From: Candidatus Omnitrophota bacterium
GTDB lineage: Bacteria; Omnitrophota; 4484-213
Length of the DNA: 47,071 bases
NCBI GenBank assembly: GCA_021158625.1
Contig: JAGGUG010000126.1
Span: 1-47,071 of the forward strand
Direction of reading: 5' to 3'
Shown: positions 27,157 to 34,910 of the stretch, one piece after another
How the letters are laid out: every line of letters starts with the position of its first letter
How positions within the stretch are numbered: position 1 is the stretch's first letter
Notes under the pieces: model-generated
Databases searched by the model: none
What the model was told of the DNA's origin: nothing
The model's input: the letters and a program-made list of their open reading frames with translations, nothing else
Translations under genes and position numbers: made by a program

Positions 27157-28116
27157 CTAACTTACTTTTGTTCTCCCCAGGATTGTGTTCTCGCTTATCC
27201 TATGGCCGATAATAAATTCCTTACTGCTCATCCTTCTTCTTCCCTCTATTTGCAGTTCCTCTATCCAGAGTCCATTCCTTCCGGTAGAAACCAAAATTCC
27301 TTTATCTCTATCAATCTTTAATATTTCTCCAAAGAAAGAAGAGGCAAATTTTTTAGGAGCTACCCTTGTCTTCCAGAGTTTTATCCTTTTTCCCCGCCAG
27401 AAGGTAAACGCTCCTGGTTCGGGGGTAAACCCGCGAATTAGATTATGGATCTGAGACGCCGGTTTTGACCAATCAATTTCCCCGTCGCTCTTATTTAATT
27501 TGGGAAAATAGGTGGCTTCTTTCTCATTCTGGGCAGCGAGCACTACCTTTTTATGTCTGATTAATTCTATTGTTTCAAGCAAAGCCAATGCTCCTTCTTC
27601 TGCCAGACGCCGACCTAACTGGCCAGCGTTCTCTCCCTCCCTTATCTCTATCTCTTTCTGATAAATTATCTCCCCGGCGTCTATCCTCTCGCCAATCTTA
27701 ATTACTGAAATCCCTGTCTTTTTCTCTCCATTGATTAAAACCCAGTTAATCGGGGCCGGGCCGCGATATCTGGGCAGTAAGGAAGGATGGAGATTTATGG
27801 AGTAAATTTTGGGGATGCTCAGAATTTCTTTAGTTAACTTTCGGCCGTAATTTACTACTATAAATAATTCCGGTTCATCTTTCTTTAAGGTATCTATAAA
27901 ATCCGACAAGAAATTCTCGGGTTGATAGATGGAGAACCTTTGCCGTTGAGAAAATTCCTTTATCGGGTCAATACCTATTTTCAACCCTCTTCCCTTTCTT
28001 TTATCTGGTGAAGCCACCACTCCTAAAATCTGGTATCTGGAGGCAAGTTTTTTGAGAGAAACTAAAGCAAATTCTCCATTTCCCCAAAATATTATCTTCA
28101 TTTTATAAAAAGGCAT
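27157..28116 (-). CDS. fmt: Methionyl-tRNA formyltransferase
   Basis: 319 aa. HPSLLPRYRGPAPINW and a C-terminal Fmt domain are present. An alternative start lies at 28101 (MKIIFWG). Confidence 0.92.
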   Translation of the reverse strand: MPFYKMKIIFWGNGEFALVSLKKLASRYQILGVVASPDKRKGRGLKIGIDPIKEFSQRQRFSIYQPENFLSDFIDTLKKDEPELFIVVNYGRKLTKEILSIPKIYSINLHPSLLPRYRGPAPINWVLINGEKKTGISVIKIGERIDAGEIIYQKEIEIREGENAGQLGRRLAEEGALALLETIELIRHKKVVLAAQNEKEATYFPKLNKSDGEIDWSKPASQIHNLIRGFTPEPGAFTFWRGKRIKLWKTRVAPKKFASSFFGEILKIDRDKGILVSTGRNGLWIEELQIEGRRRMSSKEFIIGHRISENTILGRTKVS

Positions 28117-28118
28117 TC

Positions 28119-28151
28119 AATCGCTGTAATCGAATTTTAATCGCTGTAATC
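28119..28151 (+). repeat. Family D: two 13-mers with a 20-nt period (opposite orientation)
   Basis: AATCGCTGTAATC-N7-AATCGCTGTAATC, lying between priA and fmt. Confidence 0.7.
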
Positions 28152-28175
28152 ACGGGTATCACAAAAGTGATGCCC

Positions 28176-29795
28176 CTAAAAGAAAAACAAAGGGTCAACA
28201 TCTACTATTATCCTTTTATCCACTCTCCTTCGCTGAAACTCGGCTAATACTTTTCTCAGAGATTGATTTGTTTTGAGGACATTTTCTGTCCTCAAGGTAA
28301 TATACCAGGAATTTAAAAAATTGGCTGGTCCTAAAATCTTCTCTTTGCCAAATTCCCTTCTTAAATCCTCTGATAACTCCGTCATTCTTTTCTTTAATCT
28401 CTGTTCGTCTTTACCCTTTAAAATTATATTAATAAAATGTACAAAAGGGGGATAGTTTAGCTGGCGGCGATAGGTTATTTCCTGTGTGTAAAAATCCTCG
28501 TAATCTTCGCTGATAGCCGCAGTGATGCTGAAGTGAGTAGGGTTATAGGTTTGAATAATGAGTTCTGCTTTTGCCTGCTGGGCTTCCCTGACTATTTGAG
28601 AAAGTAGCTCGAAGGTACGCTCACTTGCCAGGAAATTAGGAGAATTAAGGATACTATCGGCGGAGATAACTCCTATTAAGCCCACCTGGGGAAAACTCTC
28701 GCCCTGCACTTTCCTCTGTCTGCCTAATCTCTCATAGATAATAACTCTTTTCTTCTTGGCCAGACATTCATCTATCTTTGTTTTCAAAAAAGGAGAAAGA
28801 GAAAACCTCTCTTTGTTTCTATCTATTATCCTTATATTGGGAGAGATATTATCGCCCCTTGTCTTTAACTTTAAAAGTTGATATCTCCCCGAAATGGCTT
28901 TATGATAGGATTCCAGGCAAGGGATAACGCTGCCTAAGACTACTATTGCTTTTTCTATCTTCGCTCTCTTGATTGCCACATTGCGGGCATTATAGCGAGG
29001 GATACTCTCTTCTTTGTAAGAGTTATCCTGCTCTTCATCGACAATAATCAGCCCCAAGTCTTTCAAAGGCGAAAAGACTGCTGACCTCGTGCCGATGACA
29101 ATCCGGGCATCTCCCTTCTTTATCCTCTGCCACTCCTGAAATTGCTGGCGAGAAGAAAGTTGAGAGTGGTACTCAGCAATTATCTCTCCAAAATGAGAGA
29201 TAAATCTTGCAATTATCTGAGGGGCTAAGGAGATCTCAGGAACTAATATAATTACCCCTTTATTTTGACTGAGAATGCCCTCAATTATGTGCAGATAAAT
29301 CTTTATTCTTTCCTCGCTTTGTCCATACACCAGAAAAGTCCGTGGCTGGCTCTCCTTCATTGCCTTGATAATCTTATCTACGCCTGAAGGCGGTTCAGGT
29401 TTCAAATCTAAATTTTCTTTCTCCTTCACCCACCTGGAGGGCGGAGGTGCAAGCGAGGTCGGTCTTGTCTTTTGCGCTCCCCTTCGCAAGGCTGGGGGCA
29501 GAGTTATCGCCAGTGCCTCCCCCCAGGAGCAAAAGTAGTATTCCGAAAGCCATTTAACCAGAGATAACAAAGGAGAGGTAATAATCGGCTGGCTATCGAT
29601 TACCTTTTTAATCTCTTTAACCTTCTTTAACTTCGATTCCTTGACTAATCCAACTATATAACCAACTGTCTTTTTCTTTCTAAATTCTACCCAGACCCTT
29701 TTGCCGATTTCAGCTTCTTCTCTTAGATGGTCGGGAACGGCGTAATCAAAAACTTTATCTACCGGAAGGTTTAAGACAATTTGGGCGTAGTTCAT
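28176..29795 (-). CDS. PriA-like primosomal protein with degenerate helicase motifs and no Cys-rich zinc region
   Basis: 539 aa. It is colinear with my recollection of E. coli PriA (LVPEISLAPQ, VIGTRSAVFSPL, IIVDEEQD, ASERTFELLSQ, YPPF). However, Walker A reads YGQSEERIK, SATP reads SVIP, and GRAGR reads REAQQ. About 120 aa, including the CxxC motifs, are absent. Confidence 0.75.
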   Translation of the reverse strand: MNYAQIVLNLPVDKVFDYAVPDHLREEAEIGKRVWVEFRKKKTVGYIVGLVKESKLKKVKEIKKVIDSQPIITSPLLSLVKWLSEYYFCSWGEALAITLPPALRRGAQKTRPTSLAPPPSRWVKEKENLDLKPEPPSGVDKIIKAMKESQPRTFLVYGQSEERIKIYLHIIEGILSQNKGVIILVPEISLAPQIIARFISHFGEIIAEYHSQLSSRQQFQEWQRIKKGDARIVIGTRSAVFSPLKDLGLIIVDEEQDNSYKEESIPRYNARNVAIKRAKIEKAIVVLGSVIPCLESYHKAISGRYQLLKLKTRGDNISPNIRIIDRNKERFSLSPFLKTKIDECLAKKKRVIIYERLGRQRKVQGESFPQVGLIGVISADSILNSPNFLASERTFELLSQIVREAQQAKAELIIQTYNPTHFSITAAISEDYEDFYTQEITYRRQLNYPPFVHFINIILKGKDEQRLKKRMTELSEDLRREFGKEKILGPANFLNSWYITLRTENVLKTNQSLRKVLAEFQRRRVDKRIIVDVDPLFFF

Positions 29796-29800
29796 AACCA

Positions 29801-29868
29801 GCCTGCCGGCTACAAGCTACAGGCTTCAGGTTTTTTAAGCGCGGGCTTGAGGCTTGTTGCTTGCAACC
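29801..29868. repeat. Family C low-complexity hairpin
   Basis: caggcttcagg (29820-29830) pairs with cttgaggcttg (29846-29856) through 8 Watson-Crick pairs and 3 G:T pairs on the plus strand. Confidence 0.7.
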
Positions 29869-30575
29869 AAAGAAAGTTCCTTCTTTATCTTCTTCATATC
29901 CTCCCAAACTGGAATCTTCCCTTGAGGGTTGCGCAGGAGATAGGCGGGATGAAATGTAGGAATCAGTTTTACCCTGTTAAATAATTTCGTTGAAGGCGAA
30001 ATTCCGCCGCCTAAGGCGAGGGAATTAACAGGGTGAATCCCTTCATAATCATAAAATTTTCCTCTTAATTGTGAGATGGGAGAAACCACACCAAGCAGGG
30101 TTTGAGCGGCAAATTTCCCCAATGCACAAATTATCTGCGGACGGATTATCCTTATTTGCTCTTTTAAATAAGGAAGGCAATTTTCAATCTCCTGAGGCAG
30201 AGGATTGCGGTTTCCCGGCGGTCGGCACTTTAGGATATTGGTAATATAGACATCTTCTCTCTTTAGACCTATGGACTGGATGATTCGGGTAAGGAGTTGT
30301 CCGGCTTTACCCACAAATGGTTTTCCTTGCCTATCTTCCTCCTCTCCGGGCGCCTCTCCGACAAATAATAGAGAGGCCTCGTTATTTCCCTCGCCAAATA
30401 CATAATGTGTTTTAGTTCTGGCAAGTGGGCACTTTGTACATTGGTGTACTCTTTGAGAAAGAAGCTCGAGCTCTTGAGAAGGAGAAATAGAAGGAGAAAA
30501 GAACTCCTCTATGCCGGCGAGCCTCTCTCCCTCTAAAAAGGTTTTGAGAGAGTCAATTATCTCTTTGTCTTTCAT
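29835..30575 (-). CDS. Uracil-DNA glycosylase, family 4, carrying an in-frame repeat insertion
   Basis: 246 aa. CTKCPL, GEAPGEEED, FVGKAGQLL and PTFHPAYLLRNP are present. The C-terminal tail (SNKPQARA) is read from a family C repeat. Confidence 0.88.
   Translation of the reverse strand: MKDKEIIDSLKTFLEGERLAGIEEFFSPSISPSQELELLSQRVHQCTKCPLARTKTHYVFGEGNNEASLLFVGEAPGEEEDRQGKPFVGKAGQLLTRIIQSIGLKREDVYITNILKCRPPGNRNPLPQEIENCLPYLKEQIRIIRPQIICALGKFAAQTLLGVVSPISQLRGKFYDYEGIHPVNSLALGGGISPSTKLFNRVKLIPTFHPAYLLRNPQGKIPVWEDMKKIKKELSLVASNKPQARA
29971..30034. repeat. Family A element inside the UDG CDS (in frame)
   Basis: ACCCTGTTAA ... TTAACAGGGT, encoding HPVNSLALGGGISPSTKLFNRV. Confidence 0.8.
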
Positions 30576-31128
30576 TATTCTTATGCTTTAAGATAATCCC
30601 ACTTGCTTCCCATAAATCCTGAGCAAAATAATCCGGCTGGATATCCCATTTTTTAGCATCTTCTAACTTTGTCCTTCCCGAACCTACCAAAATAGTCTTG
30701 CAACCTATTCTTTTGCCTGCTTCTACATCTATAGAACCATCACCGACAAAATAGGTGCTTTTAAAATCAACTTCTTTCCCTTGAGTGGCTTTCAAAAACA
30801 AACCAATCTTGGGTTTGCGACAGTCACAGCCATCTTCTTCGCGATGCGGGCAATAATAGACCTCCATCCTTCCCCCTTCTCTTTTTACCTCTTCAATCAT
30901 TCGTCGGGTAATCTCGTTTAGGGACTCCTGACTATAAATTCCCTTAGCTATTCCCGATTGATTAGAGATAACCTTAATTTCGTAGCCCTCTTCAGTCAAT
31001 CTGCGGATCGCTTTTAAAGCATTGGGCAGAAAATGAAATTCCTCCCATCGAGTAACAAATTTTTTCTCGCCGGGATATCTATTAATCACTCCATCGCGGT
31101 CTAAAAAGACTACTTTTTTGTTCTTCAT
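30553..31128 (-). CDS. gmhB: D,D-heptose 1,7-bisphosphate phosphatase (HAD-IIIA)
   Basis: The start was moved to the ATG at 31128 (MKNKKVVFLDRDGVIN). The zinc motif CPHREEDGCDCRKP is present. The track N-terminal extension overlaps tRNA-Arg. Confidence 0.85.
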   Translation of the reverse strand: MKNKKVVFLDRDGVINRYPGEKKFVTRWEEFHFLPNALKAIRRLTEEGYEIKVISNQSGIAKGIYSQESLNEITRRMIEEVKREGGRMEVYYCPHREEDGCDCRKPKIGLFLKATQGKEVDFKSTYFVGDGSIDVEAGKRIGCKTILVGSGRTKLEDAKKWDIQPDYFAQDLWEASGIILKHKNNERQRDN

Positions 31129-31181
31129 TCTTTGGGATTTGGAAATTGGGATTTCCGAATTTCGCCAAAGGCGAAATTCGC

Positions 31182-31257
31182 TGGTGCCCCTAACCTGATT
31201 TGAACAGGTACTTCTGGCTCCGGAGGCCAGCGCTCTATCCAATTAGGCTATAGGGGC
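31182..31257 (-). tRNA. tRNA-Arg (CCG)
   Basis: A 76-nt cloverleaf was folded by hand: GCCCCTA-TA-GCCT-AATTGGATA-GAGC-G-CTGGC-CTCCGGA-GCCAG-AAGT-ACCTG-TTCAAAT-CAGGT-TAGGGGC-A-CCA. The D-stem has one mismatch and one G:U pair. Confidence 0.85.
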
Positions 31258-31262
31258 AGATA

Positions 31263-31392
31263 AGCTTCAAGCTGCAGGCTTTCAGGTCGCAGGCTACAGG
31301 TTTTAAGTTTTCTGTTTTTGACCTGCAGCTTGGAGCTTGAGACTTGAGGCTTATTAGCTTGCAGCTTGCGGTTTGTAGCCTGTAACCTGTAG
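31263..31392. repeat. Family C long hairpin
   Basis: aagcttcaagctgcaggctttcaggtcgcaggctacagg ... cctgcagcttggagcttgagacttgaggctt ... It lies between a promoter-like site and tRNA-Arg. Confidence 0.7.
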
Positions 31393-31397
31393 TATTT

Positions 31398-31426
31398 ATA
31401 TTATCTCAATTAGAGAAAAAAGTCAA
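31398..31426 (-). promoter_or_regulatory. Sigma70-like promoter upstream of tRNA-Arg
   Basis: Minus strand TTGACT-17 nt-TAATAT. Confidence 0.55.
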
Positions 31427-31511
31427 ACAGAAACAAAAAAGGACAGATTATCTGCCCTTTTATAATACCAAACTCAATGCAAAATCGGGTAACCCCTTCG
31501 AAATTGGTTTG

Positions 31512-31597
31512 CCCCGTTAGATAACTTTATTGAGAATAACATTACTCCAGCAAGGTGTCAATGTATCTATTTTAGAATAGAAGTTGTCTAACAGGGG
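31512..31597. repeat. Family A element
   Basis: CCCCGTTAG-N68-CTAACAGGGG, ending 5 nt from the LigD-PE stop. Confidence 0.7.
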
Positions 31598-31602
31598 AAT
31601 CA

Positions 31603-32097
31603 TCAACTATCCGATTGAAAATCCGATACCTTAAAGAACAACCAGTTCTTATCCTCGCTTAATTTGGGCCTTAATTTTAGCAAGCAATAATTGCCTTTCA
31701 ATCTATCTCCCTTTAATTCAAAGATTATTTTTTGAGGAGCCCACTCTTGCAAAGCATAACTCCCTTTATCCCAAATCTCCACTTTGCCGGCACCGTATAA
31801 TCCCTGAGGAATCTCTCCGGCAAAATCTGCGTAATCTAATGGATGGTCTTCTACCTGAATTGCCAGACGTTTAATATTAAACTCTGTGGGTGGCTGCTTA
31901 GGAATAGCCCAACTCTTCAGAACCCCATCTTTTTCCAAACGAAAGTCATAATGCAAGTGAGTTGCCTCGTGCCTTTGGATAACAAATATTGGTTCTTTTC
32001 CTCGTTTGAATTTTCTGGTTGCTCGTGGCTCAGGTGATTTGCTAAAATCGCGTTTCTTAAAATACTCGGTTAACTTTTCCATCAGAGAGAATTTCAT
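31603..32097 (-). CDS. Stand-alone LigD-type 3'-phosphoesterase domain protein
   Basis: 164 aa. FVIQRHEATHLHYDFRLE, VLKSWAIPK, EDHPLDYADFAGEIP and YGAGKVEIWDKG match the LigD PE domain. Confidence 0.8.
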   Translation of the reverse strand: MKFSLMEKLTEYFKKRDFSKSPEPRATRKFKRGKEPIFVIQRHEATHLHYDFRLEKDGVLKSWAIPKQPPTEFNIKRLAIQVEDHPLDYADFAGEIPQGLYGAGKVEIWDKGSYALQEWAPQKIIFELKGDRLKGNYCLLKLRPKLSEDKNWLFFKVSDFQSDS

Positions 32098-32638
32098 TTA
32101 GGGCATCTATCCCTTTTTTCTCAAGGTCCTGGACAAACCTCTGAAAAATCCTCTGCGTTGTCCGCACATCGCCCATTGCCCGATGTTCTTGTTCATAGTC
32201 AATCTCAATACCTAAAGAGCGGGCAATGCTTCCCAGGCTATTACTCCAGAAGTCAAAATAGCGGCGAGCAAGAGATAGCGTATCTACTATCGGGCAGGAA
32301 GGAAAGGGTAGATTAAGGGTGTTAAGTTCAGCCTTCAGAAACCCCATATCAAAGAAAGCATTATGACAAACAATAACTGTTCCTTCTAACCTCTTTAATA
32401 TATCCTTGGCAACCTCGCTGAATCTGGGTTTGCCCCTTAGCATCTGGGGGGTTATTCTGTTTACGGCATAAGCCCCTTCTGAGATCGGACGTCCGGGGTT
32501 AATAAGGGTATGAAAAGAAGAAACATCCTTACCATTACGGCTTTTTAGGATAGCAACTTCACAAATTTTGTCTCCATTATAGTGTTCCAGCCCGGTTGTC
32601 TCCACATCAAAAAAAGCAAAAGTAATATCCTTTATCAT
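32057..32638 (-). CDS. DEDDh 3'-5' exonuclease (DnaQ/epsilon-like)
   Basis: 193 aa. ExoI FFDVETTGL, ExoII HNAFFDMGFL and ExoIII HRAMGDV are present. Confidence 0.85.
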   Translation of the reverse strand: MIKDITFAFFDVETTGLEHYNGDKICEVAILKSRNGKDVSSFHTLINPGRPISEGAYAVNRITPQMLRGKPRFSEVAKDILKRLEGTVIVCHNAFFDMGFLKAELNTLNLPFPSCPIVDTLSLARRYFDFWSNSLGSIARSLGIEIDYEQEHRAMGDVRTTQRIFQRFVQDLEKKGIDALNEILSDGKVNRVF

Positions 32639-32682
32639 TTTGTTTTTTTATCAGTTCTCTACTGCCTACTGTTTTCTACTCT

Positions 32683-33039
32683 TTATCCCGGGGGCCAGCT
32701 TAGCTTTCTTCCCCCTAATAGATGAAGGTGAATATGAAAAACCGCTTGGCCGGCATCCTTGTTGTTGTTTAACACCAAACGATAGCCACTCTCGGCTATT
32801 CCTTTTTCTTCGGCGAGTTTTTTAGCAATAAAGATAAGTTCGGAGATGATATCTTTATCCGATTCTTCTAAATCGGAAATTCGAGAAATGTGTTTTTTAG
32901 GAATGATAAGGATATGCACCGGCGCTTGGGGGTTAATGTCCTTAAAAGCCAAAACCTTCTCGTTTTCATAGAGAATATCAGCAGGAATCTGCTTTGCTAT
33001 TATTCTGCAGAAAAGGCAATTCATTGTTTCCTCGCTCAT
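32683..33039 (-). CDS. HIT-family (HinT-like) nucleotide hydrolase
   Basis: 118 aa with the histidine triad HIHLHLLGG. Confidence 0.88.
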   Translation of the reverse strand: MSEETMNCLFCRIIAKQIPADILYENEKVLAFKDINPQAPVHILIIPKKHISRISDLEESDKDIISELIFIAKKLAEEKGIAESGYRLVLNNNKDAGQAVFHIHLHLLGGRKLSWPPG

Positions 33040-33809
33040 AACCTTACCTCCATATCATCTTGGCCGGAGAATGTATTGGGAAATATTTTTTTCGCCTCTC
33101 TTTCGGCCCTTTTTCTATCGGCTAAAGTCGGATAAAAATGAGGATTAAAATGAATAAGGGCTAATTCTTTGGCAGAAGCCTTTTGGGCTATCTGGGCAGC
33201 TGTTTGCGGATTTAGATGCGGCCAATCCTCTTTAGTCTCACCTACTTTTAAAGAACATTCGCAGAGCAGTAAATCAGCATTCTCGGCTAATCTTAGAGCG
33301 TTATCGCAGATTCCTGTATCCAAGCAATAGGCGATAATTTTATTATCTATCTCCAGGCGATACCCAAAGCAGGGTACAGAATGAAGAAGCGCCCGCCCTT
33401 CAACAAAAAAGGCTGAATCTTCCTTGTTCTCTCCCAGTCTGATAGAGCGCCCCTCTTTAACTTCAAAGAGTTTTACTGGATAAGGCAATTCATCCAAAGC
33501 CACTGTATAAGGGAAAGAGATAATCTTATTTAAAATTTCCTTTATCCCTTTATAGCCGTAGATTCTAAGCCCCTGGGGAAATTTGAATTTATTTAAACTG
33601 TGCAGACCAGTAATATGGTCTAAATGAAAATGACTCAGAAAAAGATAGATGGGCTTCTGAGTCTTGATAAATCTATCAATTTTATAAAGACCATCCCCCG
33701 CGTCAAGAATAATATAGCAATCCTTGCTTTCTATAAAGATGCAGGTTGTATTCCCTGCGCTTGTATTGAACCAACCGTTTGTCCCCAAAAAAATAATCCT
33801 TAGCTTCAC
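33036..33809 (-). CDS. MBL-fold metallo-hydrolase (RNase Z-like)
   Basis: 257 aa with LSHFHLDHITGL. Confidence 0.8.
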   Translation of the reverse strand: MKLRIIFLGTNGWFNTSAGNTTCIFIESKDCYIILDAGDGLYKIDRFIKTQKPIYLFLSHFHLDHITGLHSLNKFKFPQGLRIYGYKGIKEILNKIISFPYTVALDELPYPVKLFEVKEGRSIRLGENKEDSAFFVEGRALLHSVPCFGYRLEIDNKIIAYCLDTGICDNALRLAENADLLLCECSLKVGETKEDWPHLNPQTAAQIAQKASAKELALIHFNPHFYPTLADRKRAEREAKKIFPNTFSGQDDMEVRL

Positions 33810-34060
33810 CCTGTTACTTTATAGACCTTATCATGCTCATGCACTCTTTGGTTAACCTTAATTCCTACCTGGTCCCCGGGCTTTCCTTCTTGCACCTCTT
33901 GATGTTCAATCTGGAGAGAGTCTACTCTCTGGCTGAAATCGCTGGTATGCCCTTTGATATGGATGGTATCGCCAAGTTTTAGGACATCGGTCAAAGCAAT
34001 TATCCCTACACTAATCTTGCCAAAATAATGAGTAATCGTACCGATTTCTTTTTCTTCCAT
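33806..34060 (-). CDS. Small EF-Tu domain-2-like beta-barrel protein
   Basis: I prefer the ATG at 34060 (MEEKEIGTITHYF), because the track start at 34078 is GTG. The pattern of G.I..GD.I.I.G and a GDQVGIKV-type barrel resembles translation-factor domain II. Confidence 0.55.
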   Translation of the reverse strand: MEEKEIGTITHYFGKISVGIIALTDVLKLGDTIHIKGHTSDFSQRVDSLQIEHQEVQEGKPGDQVGIKVNQRVHEHDKVYKVTG

Positions 34061-34135
34061 TTTTAATAAGCACGCCACTTACGACACACCTGCCTAACGG
34101 CAGGAAGTGCTCGTAAATCACTGTGCGCATTCCGC
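34061..34135 (-). repeat. Family F leader module abutting the start codon of the EF-like small gene
   Basis: TTTTAATAAGCACGCC...GAAGTGCTCGTAAATCACTGTGCGCATT is similar to 3507-3562. Confidence 0.7.
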
Positions 34136-34192
34136 CATCGGCAAGGCTCTGGCGGAGAGAAAGGCAGGTACTCATCTAAATTATGGCTTCAT

Positions 34193-34612
34193 TTACCCCA
34201 ACGCTTCAATCGCCTTATCATTATCTTCAGCCTTCAAAATAAAACGACAGGGAGAAGCGCCCTCAGAAACAGTGCCATAGCAATACAGTAGATTAACACC
34301 TGCCGATTTTAATTTCGTCCCAATCTGACTCAGTGCACCTATCTTATTTTCTAAATCAATCCTTACCACTTCTTCCTCTTCAACCTGCCACCCCTTTGTT
34401 TTAAGAGCGGGGATAACTTTCTGATTTTCCGAAGTAATGATGTAAAACTTCGCTTTTCCCTCTAAACCATAGGCATTGATTGCTTCAATATTCACATCTG
34501 TCTCGCTTATGGCTTGACTTACCTCGGAAAGCATCCCAACCTTATCTTCCGTAGTTACAACTAATTGACTTATCTTTATACCTGACTTCGGGTCAAGTTC
34601 TCTTTCTGTCAT
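34193..34612 (-). CDS. Tandem ACT-domain protein
   Basis: The ATG at 34612 is preceded by GGAGGTGGAA. There are two ACT-like repeats (VTTEDKVGMLSEVSQAI and DLENKIGALSQIGTKL). The track ORF extends 97 aa further through GC-rich repeats. Confidence 0.75.
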   Translation of the reverse strand: MTERELDPKSGIKISQLVVTTEDKVGMLSEVSQAISETDVNIEAINAYGLEGKAKFYIITSENQKVIPALKTKGWQVEEEEVVRIDLENKIGALSQIGTKLKSAGVNLLYCYGTVSEGASPCRFILKAEDNDKAIEALG

Positions 34613-34623
34613 TTCCACCTCCT

Positions 34624-34726
34624 TTCCTTCCTCGCCGAAGGCGAGAGCCGACGAGTGCGCGAGCGAAGCGAGCAAGCGAGGAGGATAGCCCCGACGGAAG
34701 CGTCGGGGCGCTGTTCCATCTTCCTT
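34624..34726. repeat. GC-rich 103-nt direct repeat, copy 1
   Basis: It is identical by eye to 34808-34910 (offset 184 nt). It is made of GAAG-loop hairpins: CTCGCCGAAGGCGAG and CCCCGACGGAAGCGTCGGGG. Confidence 0.85.
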
Positions 34727-34807
34727 ACTCGCGAAGCGAGCCCTGAACCGTTCTGGTGCAGGGCGAGAGCCGAAGCCCCGAAACTTCGGGACGCCTTTTG
34801 TTTTTTC

Positions 34808-34910
34808 TTCCTTCCTCGCCGAAGGCGAGAGCCGACGAGTGCGCGAGCGAAGCGAGCAAGCGAGGAGGATAGCCCCGACGGAAGCGTCGGGGCGCTGTTC
34901 CATCTTCCTT
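34808..34910. repeat. GC-rich 103-nt direct repeat, copy 2
   Basis: See copy 1. The plus-strand track ORFs at 34655 and 34839 share the same first 24 aa. Confidence 0.85.

Noticed and set aside
29380-29500. The GC-rich segment of the priA-like gene (RRGAQKTRPTSLAPPPSRWV...PEPPSGV) as a family E (GC hairpin) insertion.
   Set aside because: It contains CGCCTGAAGGCG and GCAAGCGAGG words reminiscent of the 34.6-kb repeats. The similarity is too short and scattered to call by eye.
31129-31242. The N-terminal 38 codons of the track ORF 30553-31242 (MDRALASGARSTCSNQ...).
   Set aside because: These codons are translated from the antisense of nothing recognisable. They overlap tRNA-Arg and its flanking hairpin. 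GmhB homology starts at the ATG at 31128.
33806-33822. The TAACAGGGT match at the stop of the EF-like small gene, and the ccgttaatacaggg match inside ptsI (611-625), as further family A arms.
   Set aside because: These are single short partial matches without a partner arm, in the opposite frame or orientation. They are indistinguishable from chance.
34193-34903. The 236-aa track ORF, treated as a real protein with a 97-aa Arg/Ser/Ala-rich N-terminal domain fused to the ACT domains.
   Set aside because: The extension is translated from the GC-rich direct repeats. The two repeat copies are read in different frames (offset 184 nt), and a strong GGAGGTGGAA-ATG lies at 34612 exactly where the ACT homology begins.
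34624-34910. A CRISPR array, or a DGR template/variable repeat pair.
   Set aside because: There are only two copies, each 103 nt. They are separated by a spacer that itself shares motifs with the flank. The copies are identical rather than A-to-N diverged. No cas gene or reverse transcriptase is present in the window.
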